Below are positions 63,815-64,000 of a DNA stretch of 64,000 nt, one piece after another. Each line of letters begins with the position of its first letter. The first letter of the stretch is position 1. Made by a program: the position numbers and the translations under genes. This DNA is from Octopus sinensis (Eukaryota), in contig NC_043016.1 in NCBI RefSeq assembly GCF_006345805.1, positions 1,364,001 through 1,428,000 on the forward strand. Direction: 5' to 3'. The notes below the pieces were generated by a model. That model searched no databases. It was not told the origin of the DNA and worked only from the letters and a program-made list of their open reading frames with translations.

Positions 63815-64000
63815 TTAATGATCTCAAAATAGATTTCCAGTCGAAACCTTCTATTAGAATGATTTATCCTGCATTTGTACAGAATCACAAATCCATAATT
63901 GACAGAATTGTCCCTTTGGTTAAGAATAATGTTGCATTACCTTACGAAACTCTTTCCCTTAAAAAAAATCCACTAGATTTATACAGTTGATATTTCGAAT

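Overview
AT-rich, microsatellite-saturated eukaryotic (animal) DNA made almost entirely of repeats. The SINE types and TTAGGG-type repeats suggest an octopod cephalopod, which is inference only. I found no convincing host gene, rRNA, tRNA or CRISPR array. Main contents: (1) four copies from three families of R4/Dong-like REL-endonuclease LINEs, most sitting in (TAA)n; (2) a tandem cluster of Tx1/L1-clade LINEs (26.7-40.0 kb) sitting in (TATC)n, including an in-frame chimera of two subfamilies; (3) a ~4.4 kb degenerate interstitial (TTAGGG)n-like array; (4) many tRNA-derived SINEs, one family sharing its 3' tail with the Tx1 LINE; (5) a GIY-YIG Penelope-like remnant plus hAT, Helitron, MITE and RTE relics; (6) most strikingly, several sequence-unrelated small non-coding elements that each carry a type I hammerhead ribozyme motif. 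Several have textbook cores, one has a G3-C8 compensatory core, and most are built as long fold-back inverted repeats, partial tandem monomers (353 and 498 nt) or both, usually beside (TA)n. They look like a retrozyme or non-autonomous Penelope-like system. All structures were folded by eye; no activity or database match was tested.
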